Positions 20,453 through 31,200 of a stretch of DNA of 64,000 nt are shown in pieces; the first letter of the stretch is position 1, and each line of letters opens with the position of its first letter. The notes beneath the pieces were generated by a model that worked only from the letters and a program-made list of their open reading frames with translations, searched no databases and was not told the origin of the DNA. The translations under genes were made by a program, and so were the position numbers. Source of the DNA: Promethearchaeota archaeon (GTDB taxonomy: Archaea > Asgardarchaeota > Heimdallarchaeia > Hodarchaeales > Hodarchaeaceae); contig JBHLMN010000012.1 of assembly GCA_048938105.1 (NCBI GenBank), positions 96,001-160,000 of the forward strand, in the 5' to 3' direction.

Positions 20453-20603
20453 TAACCAACGACTTGTTCCGATAAAAAGATTGATTTACGAATTCAGATT
20501 TCATTAGAAAAAGAAAAATTCCTTAAACAGGCCCAATTCAAAAATAATAAACAAAACGCAAGGCAATTCTGGAGTCTTTGAAATCAGAATTGGTCGAAAC
20601 TTA
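20453..20603 (-). repeat. Direct-repeat partner of 15393-15539
   Basis: See 15393-15539; covers the 3' end and downstream region of the 20504-20893 ORF. Confidence 0.9.
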
Positions 20604-20893
20604 CCGATCCTCTTATCATTCCCCCCAAATATGAATCCTTCAATTGTTTTTGATAGATAAACCGAACTTCCACCCCGTTTATCTTCACAATAACCAATCC
20701 ACTTTTCAACTAATTCTGAATGACTTCCGATATATTCAATAAGGTGGTCGACTCTGATTTGATCTTCTAATTTCATTTTTTTGATATTTCGACTGATGGT
20801 TTGTCTATTACTTTCAGTAAAATATGTGGGGTAACCAAAATCTACAGGCACGTGGCAAATTGTCTTTATTATTTCTTCTTGATTCATAAACAT
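20504..20893 (-). CDS. Hypothetical protein
   Basis: 129-aa ORF with GAGG upstream; HSELVEKWIGYCEDKR motif; a decayed partial copy sits at 15.4-15.5 kb. Confidence 0.65.
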   Translation of the reverse strand: MFMNQEEIIKTICHVPVDFGYPTYFTESNRQTISRNIKKMKLEDQIRVDHLIEYIGSHSELVEKWIGYCEDKRGGSSVYLSKTIEGFIFGGNDKRIGKFRPILISKTPELPCVLFIIFELGLFKEFFFF

Positions 20894-21495
20894 TCCTCGA
20901 AGATTCTTAGAGGAAATAAACCCATGGCATTATTCCTCGGATGAGAGTGTCTGTTCATTCATTCTGAGTCAATATAGGGATGCTCGATCAGGATTTCATT
21001 TATTCCATCTTTCATTCGATCATAAAAGTCTTTATTAACCCTTTTTAATAGATTTAATTGTGTTTGAAATAATAATCGTCGTGATATTTGAAAGACAAAA
21101 TTTTCTATAGGAAGACTGGATTTTTCCAAAAATCGATTCAAAAAATTATGTGTAGGTTTTATAGAGGTGATTCTAAAGATCTGGCCATGATCATGTTATT
21201 AGAAGAATGGGAAGAAAAACGGCCTATAAAATTCCTCGTAATTGACTATGAGTGGCTTAAAACTAAAAAATAAAACTATATTGGACGTATCTATGCGAAT
21301 AGCCTCCGTAATTACGCCCGATGGAGATGAAAATGACCTTAAAATCACCCCAAGAAATAAACTTGAATGAGAATATGGTACAAGTCATAAATGACTCAGA
21401 AAATTAAAAAAAACAACGAAAAAATAGAGTACCATAGATAACAGAGATCGAAATTTCATCAGGATGCTTGAAGGAACGAAAATAGAGGTTATAAG

Positions 21496-23502
21496 ATGAC
21501 TAGTGGTGGGTACGTTGGTGAAATATTAAAAGTAGACCTGTCCTTAAAAAAAGCTGTCCCTGTTGGACTAGATGCAAAAATTGTGCAGACATACTTAGGT
21601 GGTCTCGGTCTAGCTATGAAAATCCTTTATGACGAAGTCGGACCAGATGTGGATGCTCTCAGCCCTGACAATATAATAATAGCTGCTCCAGGACCACTAA
21701 GTGGTACCGCAACTCCAACAAATAGTAGGACTGAGGTAGTTACAAAGTCACCACTAACAGGGATTATTGGCGCGGGGAATTTTGGGGGCTGGTGGGGAGC
21801 TAGATTAAAGCTCGCTGGATTTGAAGGTGTTGTGATTAGAAAAAAGTCTGATAATCCCGTCTATCTCTGGATAGACGACGGTAAAGTTGAGATCAGGAAC
21901 GCAGAACACATCTGGGGTAAAGATACTAAAGAAACAGTAGATGCTCTCAGGGCAGAGTTAGGGGAAGATGTGAGTGTGCTTGCTATTGGTCCCGCTGGTG
22001 AAAATCTAGTTAGGTTTGCTTGTCCTGTGAGTGATTATTGGCATGCACCGGGTAGAGGGCATGCTGGATGTGTGATGGGTGCTAAGAAACTGAAGGCTAT
22101 AGCTGTACGTGGAACCAAAGAAGTGCCTATTGCTGATCCAGAGAAGTTCAAAGCAGCGGTAGCAGAGGCCACGGATAGAGTAACTAGTTATCCTGAGGGT
22201 AAGATAAGAAAAGATGTGAGAACTGGCTCGAACGCCAAAACAAAGCGTGCCGCGGAATTGGGAACGACTCCTGCAAAGAATTTCACAAGCACGATCGTTG
22301 AACCAGACAATGATATTTGGGGCCTTCCTGAGAGTGCGAGTAAACATCTAAGACGGAAACCTGGATATTATGGTTATCATTGTCCGATGTCTCAAGATTA
22401 TGGTTGTGACCTCATAACAAACGTCAAGACAGGCAAGTATGCTGGGCTTGAAGAAGGAGGAATATGCTATTCTTTTCCTTCATGGCAATGGGGAGCCAAT
22501 CTTGGAGTTAAGAGTTACCCAGCCATGTGGAAGTGCAGAGATCTTGCTAATCGATATGGCATGGATCAAGCGACACCGATTCCCTTTGCAATGGAGCTAT
22601 TTGAGAAAGGAATTATCACGAAAGAAGATACTGATGGGCTTGAATTAAAGTGGGGCGATGAGACGGTCATTCACGAGATGTTACATAGGATAGCTTACAG
22701 AGAGGGTTTAGGTGATGTTCTTGCCGAGGGAAGTGCAAGGGCAGCAAAGAAGATAGGGAAAGGCGCACAAAATTGTGAAATGACGGTCAAAGGCATGGAG
22801 ATTCTTCCAGGATGGGATCCGAGGGTATCACGAGGGCCTGTGTTGCTCGGAATTATGACTTGCCCCCGAGGTGGTGATGACCTCAAAACTACCCATACTG
22901 CACAACAAGAATCCTTTCCATATTGGGCGGGAATACTTGGTTGGAGTAAGGATGAGTATCGTAAATGGCTCCTTCATGATAGACTTGATATCTTTGAGGA
23001 TGTAAAACAAAAGATTTTCAGTGATCCATCAAGCCTTGATGTTCTCACTAATGAAGGAATCGCGGTTTTTGTAAAGTGGTATGGAGAACTAACCTCTATA
23101 TTTGATTCTCTAGGGTTATGTATGTTTGCAGGGAATGCCTATGATGCATTGGGCCCAACACATTTCGCGAAGCTATATTCAGCATGTACAGGGTGGCAAA
23201 TAACTCCGTATGAGTTGATGAAGACCGGAGAGAGGATCTTCAACTTAATGAGAGCATATATTGTTAGGGAAGGTCTCACAAGGAAAGACGATTGCCTTCC
23301 AGATAGGTTTTACAAAGAACCGATACAGGATGGCCCCAATAAAGGCGCAATACTTTCCAGGGACGAGACAAACAAACCACTCAACGAGTACTACAAAATC
23401 ATGGGATGGAATATTAGAACAGGAGTCCCCACTAAAGAAAAGTTAATCGAAATTGATTTGGATTATGTAGCCAATGAGCTTTCTGTTTTGGGTCTTATTT
23501 GA
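21496..23502 (+). CDS. aor: Aldehyde:ferredoxin oxidoreductase-family (tungstopterin) enzyme, divergent active site
   Basis: YLGGLG, KSPLTG, IGPAGENLV, GR...G.VMGAKKLKAI, REGLGDVLAEG, DSLGLC, DDCLPDRF, EYY..MGW...GVP; GC visibly higher than the flanks. Confidence 0.92.
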   Translation: MTSGGYVGEILKVDLSLKKAVPVGLDAKIVQTYLGGLGLAMKILYDEVGPDVDALSPDNIIIAAPGPLSGTATPTNSRTEVVTKSPLTGIIGAGNFGGWWGARLKLAGFEGVVIRKKSDNPVYLWIDDGKVEIRNAEHIWGKDTKETVDALRAELGEDVSVLAIGPAGENLVRFACPVSDYWHAPGRGHAGCVMGAKKLKAIAVRGTKEVPIADPEKFKAAVAEATDRVTSYPEGKIRKDVRTGSNAKTKRAAELGTTPAKNFTSTIVEPDNDIWGLPESASKHLRRKPGYYGYHCPMSQDYGCDLITNVKTGKYAGLEEGGICYSFPSWQWGANLGVKSYPAMWKCRDLANRYGMDQATPIPFAMELFEKGIITKEDTDGLELKWGDETVIHEMLHRIAYREGLGDVLAEGSARAAKKIGKGAQNCEMTVKGMEILPGWDPRVSRGPVLLGIMTCPRGGDDLKTTHTAQQESFPYWAGILGWSKDEYRKWLLHDRLDIFEDVKQKIFSDPSSLDVLTNEGIAVFVKWYGELTSIFDSLGLCMFAGNAYDALGPTHFAKLYSACTGWQITPYELMKTGERIFNLMRAYIVREGLTRKDDCLPDRFYKEPIQDGPNKGAILSRDETNKPLNEYYKIMGWNIRTGVPTKEKLIEIDLDYVANELSVLGLI

Positions 23503-24048
23503 GAAACACTTCACGTGATTGGTTTGATTGATGGGGGAAGATTGTATGAAATTCTTCGGATCACGAACAGTCTCATTTACCAAATTCAAATGTGTAGATG
23601 TTCCAGAAGGAAATATGAAAGGAGGAGGTGGAGGACCAACTTCTTGATATATAACGTTTTACATAAAAAACTAGTCTTATCCAACGATTAATGTCCAAAT
23701 ACTATGAAAAAAGCCCATTTATTGTCATAAATTAAAGAATTAATAAGATTCATATTTTCTATTTTTTTTCTATGAAGTGGATTAGGATTCCATGTACTTT
23801 CTTGTTCATAATTTTCTCTTTTTTTGGATCTTTGTTTGTTATTTGATCCTATATTCCATCTAACTAGCGTACATTTATCGATCTAGTTTTATTCACACAT
23901 ATGAACATTTTACAACTGGTTAAATCAGTAGACTGATAAATAAAATGCCAAAGTCTTTAGAACTGTCTTAAGATTTTCTATCAGAGAATATATCCCTGTG
24001 ATTCTTCGTAATGGAGTTTTTAGATACAATTAATTATCTGGTGATCAG

Positions 24049-27018
24049 ATGACCGATGTTGAAAAGTATTCCCACTATGGTTTAGGTCTAGATGAGGTAT
24101 TTGAGCGACAACAGCAATTTGGGAAAAATGTTCTTCCTCGAAGGAAAAAACGAGCCCCTTTATCCATTTTTTTTACCCAATTTAAAAATCCTTTAATCTA
24201 CATCATTACCGTCGCTGCACTGATCTCATTCATTCTGGAACAATATGAAGATACTTTGATCATTGGAGCAGTGATTCTTCTAGATACTGCAATTGGTTTT
24301 TTTCAGGAAAATAAAGCTGAAAATACCATGGAAACGTTACGAAATCTTTTGAAGCCTACAACTAGGGTTATTCGGGATGGTAAAATTGAGGAGGTTGAAA
24401 GTGTAGAGATTGTGCCTGATGATCTTGTCGTTATTCATCCTGGTGACAAAATCCCTGCTGATGGAACTATTATTGAAACCGTAAATTTATCATTGAATGA
24501 GGCAATACTTACAGGTGAGAGTGAACCAATTTTTAAGAATCTAATAGATGCCAACCGTGTTTTTATGGGTACTACGGTTTTAGCAGGGAGAGGAATAATG
24601 AGAGTTACTCAAACTGGAATAAGAACTGAGCTGGGAAAAATAGCTTCCTCTCTCTCTGAAATTGAGGACGAAGAAACCCCACTCCAGATGAAACTTGAAG
24701 AATTTGGTAAAACACTTACTATGTTGGTACTTGCCATTAGTATTGCTATCTTTTTCACCGGAATTCTTTTGAGGTACGATATATTAGAAATGACTAGAAT
24801 GGCTGTGGTTCTCGCCATTGCAGCGATCCCTGAAGGACTTATTATCGCTGTTACTATGATTCTAGCAATTGGAATGCGAAAAACTCTCCAACGAAATGGT
24901 TTGGTGAAAAACCTTCTTGCTGTTGAAACTCTTGGTTCTGTTACAACAATATGTACTGATAAAACAGGTACACTTACTGAGGGAAAAATGCAAGTTGTGA
25001 AAACTGATTTTCCTGATGAAAAGATGGCTATTAACATAATGGTGTTATGTAACAATCTAGAAGATTCTCTTGAAATCCAACTCTGGAATTATGTAAAAAA
25101 CATTGGTTTAGATCCTGAAGAACTTACCAGGTCCCATGCTAGGGTTTTTGAAATTCCCTTCTCTAGCGAAAACAAATATATGGTAACAACAAATACATTG
25201 GACGGTAAAGAGATCAATTTAATGAAAGGTGCACCAGATATTGTTATGAATATCTGTCGACTTGAACCAAACGAAAAAAAGAAAATAATGGCCCAAATAG
25301 ATGAATGGTCAGGTTCGGGTTTGAAATTATTAGGTCTGGCTGCTAAAACTGAAGGTGACCTTAAACAATTAAATGATTACACTTGGAAAGGTTTGATTGG
25401 TATAGAGGATCCAATAAGGAAATCAGTGATTGATGCTATTGCATTATGTCGCCGGGCGGGTGTTAAGGTGAAGATAATCACAGGAGATTATCGGAATACT
25501 GCGATTAATATCGCTGCGAAATTAGGTTTATTTGTTGGCTCCGATCAGATTCTAGAAGGAATGGATTTAGAGAAATTCTCTGATGACAAACTAGATGAGG
25601 CTGTTGACCAAACCATCATTTTTTGCCGTGTTTCCCCTTATGATAAATTAAGAATTATTTCTTCTCTTCAACGCCGAGGTGAGATCACTGCAATGATTGG
25701 CGACGGCGTTAATGATGCACCTGCTCTTCGCAAAGCTAATATTGGTGTATCAGTTGGTGGTGCTACTGATGTTGCTCAGGAAACAGCTTCTCTAATATTG
25801 TTAGATCATAACTTTAAGACACTAGTCGATGCTGTGGAGGAAGGCCGAACTGTTTTCGATAATATCAAGAAGGTTGTTGCATTTGTTTTATCAAATTCTT
25901 TTGCTGAAATATTCACCATCTTTGGAGCTTTTATATTAGGATGGCCATCTCCATTGAATATCGCTCAAATCCTTTGGATCCATTTAATCTGTGATGGTCC
26001 ATCTGATATAGCTCTTGGGTTTGAAAGAGCAGAAACAGGAATCATGGATGAACCTCCACGTAAAATAGAAGAAAATATTTTAGATTCTAAAGGGAAGCTC
26101 TTAATCGCTTCTATTAGTTCCTTTTCAGCAATCTTTTGCCTTCTAATTTTTGGGTATTTTCTTTCTATGGGAAATCCACGAATGGGCAGTACTATTGTCT
26201 TTGTTATCCTTGGGATTCAATCTTTGGTTTATATCTTCTCTTTTAGAAGCTTAAGGCGATCTATTTTTAAATCAGGTAACTTCTTAGAAAATAAGGTACT
26301 GTTATTTTCAGTTATTTTAGGAATGATTCAAATTATCCTAGGCCTGTATATCCCATTTTTTAGTGATCTGCTTCAGGTTGAACCTCTACCGTTCTGGGGC
26401 TGGGGAATAGTTCTCATTATTTCAATGATTATGGTTATTACTGTAGAATTGGTTAAATTTATTGATAGAAAGGAACATGAAACACCAGCTTATGAATTAA
26501 TTTTCTCAAAAATCCATCAAATAGAACAGAAACTATCCACTGTTCATAATCTCCATAATTTATCAGTTGATATCATGGAAGATAAAACCTTATTACAATT
26601 CCACTTTAAAATCCCAGCTGAAACGACTTTAGAGGTAGCTCATGCAGTATCCAAAAGTCTAGAGGAACAGATCGCAGAGCAATTTCCCAGTTCATTAAGA
26701 GATCGTCTGAAAATCATCAGTCACATTGAACCTGCATATCTTCCAACGAAGAAAGTACATTACCATCCTCTGCCATCGATTACAGCGGAAATTCTAGAGA
26801 AAATCCAATATGCAGCTGATCAGATTCCCCAAATCAAGAAATGGCATCATGAAACAATTTTATTCGAGAAAGATATCATCTCGTTATCTTTGACTATCTA
26901 TTTATCAGGTAAAATGAATATTGTATCTGTTCATAACATTAATGATGAACTAGAATCAATGTTAAAGACTAGTATTCCCACTCTTAAACGATGTATTATA
27001 CATTCAGAACCTGTTTAA
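24049..27018 (+). CDS. P2-type cation-transporting ATPase with two C-terminal CDF-type (ZT_dimer-like) domains
   Basis: TGES, IPEGL, DKTGTLT, KGAP, TGD, GDGVND; C-terminal repeats ...TLEVAHAVS..LE..I...ISHIEP and ...IVSVHNI..ELE..L...IIHSEP. Confidence 0.9.
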   Translation: MTDVEKYSHYGLGLDEVFERQQQFGKNVLPRRKKRAPLSIFFTQFKNPLIYIITVAALISFILEQYEDTLIIGAVILLDTAIGFFQENKAENTMETLRNLLKPTTRVIRDGKIEEVESVEIVPDDLVVIHPGDKIPADGTIIETVNLSLNEAILTGESEPIFKNLIDANRVFMGTTVLAGRGIMRVTQTGIRTELGKIASSLSEIEDEETPLQMKLEEFGKTLTMLVLAISIAIFFTGILLRYDILEMTRMAVVLAIAAIPEGLIIAVTMILAIGMRKTLQRNGLVKNLLAVETLGSVTTICTDKTGTLTEGKMQVVKTDFPDEKMAINIMVLCNNLEDSLEIQLWNYVKNIGLDPEELTRSHARVFEIPFSSENKYMVTTNTLDGKEINLMKGAPDIVMNICRLEPNEKKKIMAQIDEWSGSGLKLLGLAAKTEGDLKQLNDYTWKGLIGIEDPIRKSVIDAIALCRRAGVKVKIITGDYRNTAINIAAKLGLFVGSDQILEGMDLEKFSDDKLDEAVDQTIIFCRVSPYDKLRIISSLQRRGEITAMIGDGVNDAPALRKANIGVSVGGATDVAQETASLILLDHNFKTLVDAVEEGRTVFDNIKKVVAFVLSNSFAEIFTIFGAFILGWPSPLNIAQILWIHLICDGPSDIALGFERAETGIMDEPPRKIEENILDSKGKLLIASISSFSAIFCLLIFGYFLSMGNPRMGSTIVFVILGIQSLVYIFSFRSLRRSIFKSGNFLENKVLLFSVILGMIQIILGLYIPFFSDLLQVEPLPFWGWGIVLIISMIMVITVELVKFIDRKEHETPAYELIFSKIHQIEQKLSTVHNLHNLSVDIMEDKTLLQFHFKIPAETTLEVAHAVSKSLEEQIAEQFPSSLRDRLKIISHIEPAYLPTKKVHYHPLPSITAEILEKIQYAADQIPQIKKWHHETILFEKDIISLSLTIYLSGKMNIVSVHNINDELESMLKTSIPTLKRCIIHSEPV

Positions 27019-27061
27019 TCTCTTTTCAAACCTTATAAAAAAATCCCTGAGGAGATCATCA

Positions 27062-27808
27062 ATGAATAACTACTATATGAAGAATAAACCAAAATTGATG
27101 AAGGCGTTCAAAAAATTGGTAGATAATCCCAAAATCGAAAGAAAAGTATTTTTACTCTATTTTGATAGACAACAGATTCAAGATCTGAGAAAGGATGTAC
27201 TTGAAGAGTTTGAAAGACTGATATCGCAGATTCCTTATGTTGGAGGGAAAAAAAACAAACGTATGACTGATTTCCTAATTCATACTGCATGGTCTTTAGC
27301 AATCTATCGAACCTTATTGAAGACAGGAATGGATGTTCGGCAAGTTGGACAGATTTTATATGAAATAAGTGAGGTATACTATGATACGCTAAACCCGATT
27401 GTGAAGAAGTTTGGTAAGTGGTATCACTATTCACGAATTGCTCGATATCTCCTTAAACGTAACAGTAAAAAGCGAAGTAAATGGAATTACCCTGGTGACT
27501 TCCAAGGCGAACTTGTTAAAGGGGATGGAAAGGATTTTACTATAGGATATAATTATACAGAGTGCGGAAATTATAAATTTCTGAAAGCACAAGGTGCTGA
27601 GGAACTAACCCCTTATTTATGTCTTACAGACTATGCTCTATATAGAGCATTTGGAATTGGATTTAAAAGAACGAAAACGATTGGAATGGGAGGGACTCAT
27701 TGTGATTTTCGTCTGATCAAGAATTATCAAACACCACGAGGATGGCCTCCAGAGAATGTGGACGATTTTAAGAATTACCTAAGACAGGAAAACATTAGTC
27801 ATAAATAA
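27062..27808 (+). CDS. L-2-amino-thiazoline-4-carboxylic acid hydrolase-like (ATC hydrolase/V4R fold) protein
   Basis: IPYVGG, YTECG..KF....GAEELTPYLCLTD, RTKTIGMGGTHCDFR. Confidence 0.85.
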   Translation: MNNYYMKNKPKLMKAFKKLVDNPKIERKVFLLYFDRQQIQDLRKDVLEEFERLISQIPYVGGKKNKRMTDFLIHTAWSLAIYRTLLKTGMDVRQVGQILYEISEVYYDTLNPIVKKFGKWYHYSRIARYLLKRNSKKRSKWNYPGDFQGELVKGDGKDFTIGYNYTECGNYKFLKAQGAEELTPYLCLTDYALYRAFGIGFKRTKTIGMGGTHCDFRLIKNYQTPRGWPPENVDDFKNYLRQENISHK

Positions 27809-27816
27809 AGTCATTT

Positions 27817-27933
27817 TTATATTAAAGAAAAGGAGAGGACAAGGAGTGGGGTCTCATCACTTATGCTTACTACATTGTACCATTTCCAACCCCCAGGTAC
27901 AGACACATAACCTTCTTCCGTTGAGATAGTCAT
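27817..27933 (-). pseudogene. N-terminal remnant of a proline iminopeptidase-like alpha/beta hydrolase
   Basis: Manual translation MTISTEEGYVSVPGGWKWYNVVSISDETPLLVL, which stops just where HGGPG would follow. Confidence 0.55.
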
Positions 27934-28292
27934 TTTATCAACTTCCAATTGTAATTAAATTGCTGTTAAGAATTGGATAGAAAAAAACTAAGTTTATGAA
28001 ATTTTAGGAACAAAACTACTTTTAACGAATGTTAAGTAACTAAAAATATCTCTTTTCTTTAATGCTGGTACCCTTTCTTATGCAAAATATTCGAAATTAG
28101 GGATTTCTTCAGTCAAAAAAGGAATGATAAAATCAATAATCTATGATTTAAGAATAACTCAAGAAGAATTTTTCAAGTTAATTTAAAGCAAATTTTCCAA
28201 GCTATTTTTTATGTAGGATTGGAATATACAAAATGCTTTATACTCTTCTAACCTGTTTCAGGGGAAAAAGTTATCCTTCATGAGGAATTATT

Positions 28293-31200
28293 ATGTACCC
28301 CAAATCAGGATTGAAGAACAAGAAAGCTCTTTTTTTTCGCAGAGGAATATCCAACTTATCAGTATTAATCTTGTGCTTTTCATTTTTCATCTATTCGTCA
28401 ATACACATGAATCCAATACTTTTATCGCCGAGGGAGGATGATCGACATTCTATACGTAGTTTAAGAAAAGATATCTCACCAACTCACTCTATCAATCAAT
28501 TGACTCATCCTCCATTTATCGAAATTACTGTCAAAGATGCTACCAATTCCAATCTGTTAGAGTCAGCTCTCGTGGAAGTTTATAACGGAACAGGAATGTT
28601 GATTATATCTGATGTTACAGATACTAATGGATTTCTTAATGTGACCAATTTAAACCTTGGCCAGTACAGAATTGAAATTGGCTATTCACGTATTTATTCT
28701 GCTGAAACTAGAGTTGTTACGTTTAACGTTGAAGGAGAGTCTAAACAGCTGACAGTCTTTTTGGTACCAAATTCTGCTGCAAAGGCAGCAGTAGAAGTAC
28801 ATGTACAGGACTTATCCAATGTACCACTTGAGGATGCAGATATTACGCTTTATGATGAGGACATGGGAATAATTTCCTCAACAGCAACCAATTCTTCGGG
28901 ATTTGCAGTCATAAGCCCATTGAACGTTGCAAATTATACAATAACAGCCTCAAAAACGGGATATCAGAATAAAAGTGAATTGGTTTGGATAGAATGGTTT
29001 GGACATTATCAAAAAGTCGAATTAAGGCTTTCCCCAGCGAATACATTGTCTGCATTCATTGAAGTTTATGTCCATGATAGTTCTACCAAGCAAATGTTAC
29101 CCTATGTATTTATTGAGGTACAAGATCAATTTGGGAGAATTATAGTAAATCAGCAGACAGATGACTCTGGTTTTGTGAATATTACTAAACTAGATATGGG
29201 TGTGTATAATATTTTCTTCCATCTGGATACATATAATGAATTCGTTGAAGAAGTCATTCTAAAATTCCCTTCAGATTTTCGATCACTTCATGTCCCATTA
29301 ACTTCCTCCTCCTCAAACCAGGGTTCTATTGAAGTCAATGTCATCACTGATGATTTTGTTCCGATAATCAATTCCCTGGTTGAGCTATATAACTGGAAAA
29401 GTGAGCTGGTTGGAACTGGAACAACGAATGATTTTGGATTTTATGAATTCACGACGTTAGAATGCGGGGTATATGAAGTAACTGTATCTGCCTCCTATTA
29501 CTTCAGTCAAACGCAGGAGGTCAAAATTAGATGGAGTAATGACACCAGAATATTGTATTTCCCTCTTGAGAGTAAACAGGGAAATACATTCATTCAGGTG
29601 TTTCTCACCGATCATTATGATCAACCAATAAAAGGTGGGATTGTAAAGCTGTATGATTCTAACCAAAATTTCGTTCAGGTGGGCTTATCAGACGATACTG
29701 GATTTTTAAATCTATCAGATATTCCTATTGACATTTACAATCTAGAAATATCGAAATCTGGATATCAAACAAAGTGGTTCTTCAATATAAATCCAGTCAA
29801 AGGGCTTAACCAAGTTATTTCGCACAAATTTCTTCCTGATGCAGGAATTGGAGTGTTGAATGTCTTTGCACCATCCAATTCCTATGTTACGATAAGTAAT
29901 GACAACAATGAGGTAGTTTTTTCTGGATTAAGTTCAGCAGAAACATTAACAGTTCCATACCTTCCAGTTGGGGATTATCTGGTAGAAGTATACACAGAGG
30001 AGGGGTGTCAAACGCATAGTAGTAGCATCAATTGGATAGGAGATGTCAATTCTGTATATGTTGACCAAGTCACCGAACAGATGGACACATCGGGATATAT
30101 GGAGTTTACAGTATATGAATTTAATGTGGGGCCCATTCCAAACTGTTTTGTGACTGCAAAAAGTCAATATGATGTTTATTATTCGCAAGTTACGGATCAA
30201 AATGGATTTGTGAATATTACTGGGTTACATATTGGAGAGTATGAAATAACTGCTCAACATAGTGGTTTTGTTGACACTGTTGTATACCATTCTATTGATT
30301 ATGCAGGGGATTCCTCAAAAGCAAGTCTTTACCTTTATCGGGCAACAGGGGCTGTAGAAGTATATCTTTCAAGCGCACTCTCTGGAAATCCAGTTCAGGG
30401 ATGGGTACAATACAGATTTAATTCTGGGGAATGGTCAATAATGTATCCTAGTGACCAAAATGGATTTAAAAGATTCAATAATTTACCAGCAGGCCACTAT
30501 GATTTTTGGGTTAAGACAGCAGCGTTTGAAGACCAGTATCAAACTTTGGATATTATGATGGCTGGGGATTTTCATATACTGAACTTTCCGCTCGTTATTC
30601 CTGGAGGAAATGGAGTTGAAGAATTTTACGCACTAATTGTAGGAGGGGGTACTGAAGATCGTTTTACGCATGATGCTCGGGGGATGTTTCTGACCTTAAC
30701 TAACTATTATGGTTATACCCCACAAAATACCTATCTTCTTACCTGTGAACCTATGGACTGGGTTGCGAATGTCCCTGTTCCATATGATGCTATTACAAGT
30801 TTATCTTCAGTTACTTGGGCAATTAATGAAATAGCTAGTAAAGCAGACGCTGAAGATGAGGTATTTATCTGGTGGACGGGTCATGGAGGTTATTATACAT
30901 CAAAGACTGGAGCATTATTAGATGTTAGATTCACTACAAATGGAGATCACATGTATGGAACAGATTTTGCTACATTGATTGATGGGATCACCTGTGATCG
31001 GATGTATATTTGTCTTGGACCCTGTCATTCAGGATACTGGATTGGAAGATTAAATGATACAAATAATCGTATAATCTACACCTCGTGTAAATGGAATGAG
31101 ATTGCCCACGCTTTTTATCAACATTCCTATTGGCCAAGAGCTACTAAAAGAGCGCTAGACCCATCATATGATGCTAATCAAGCTGATAAGGATAATAATA

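Noticed and set aside
23547-23648. MoaD/ubiquitin-like partner after aor (MKFFG...GGGGGPTS)
   Set aside because: Only ~33 codons, no terminal GG and no beta-grasp length.
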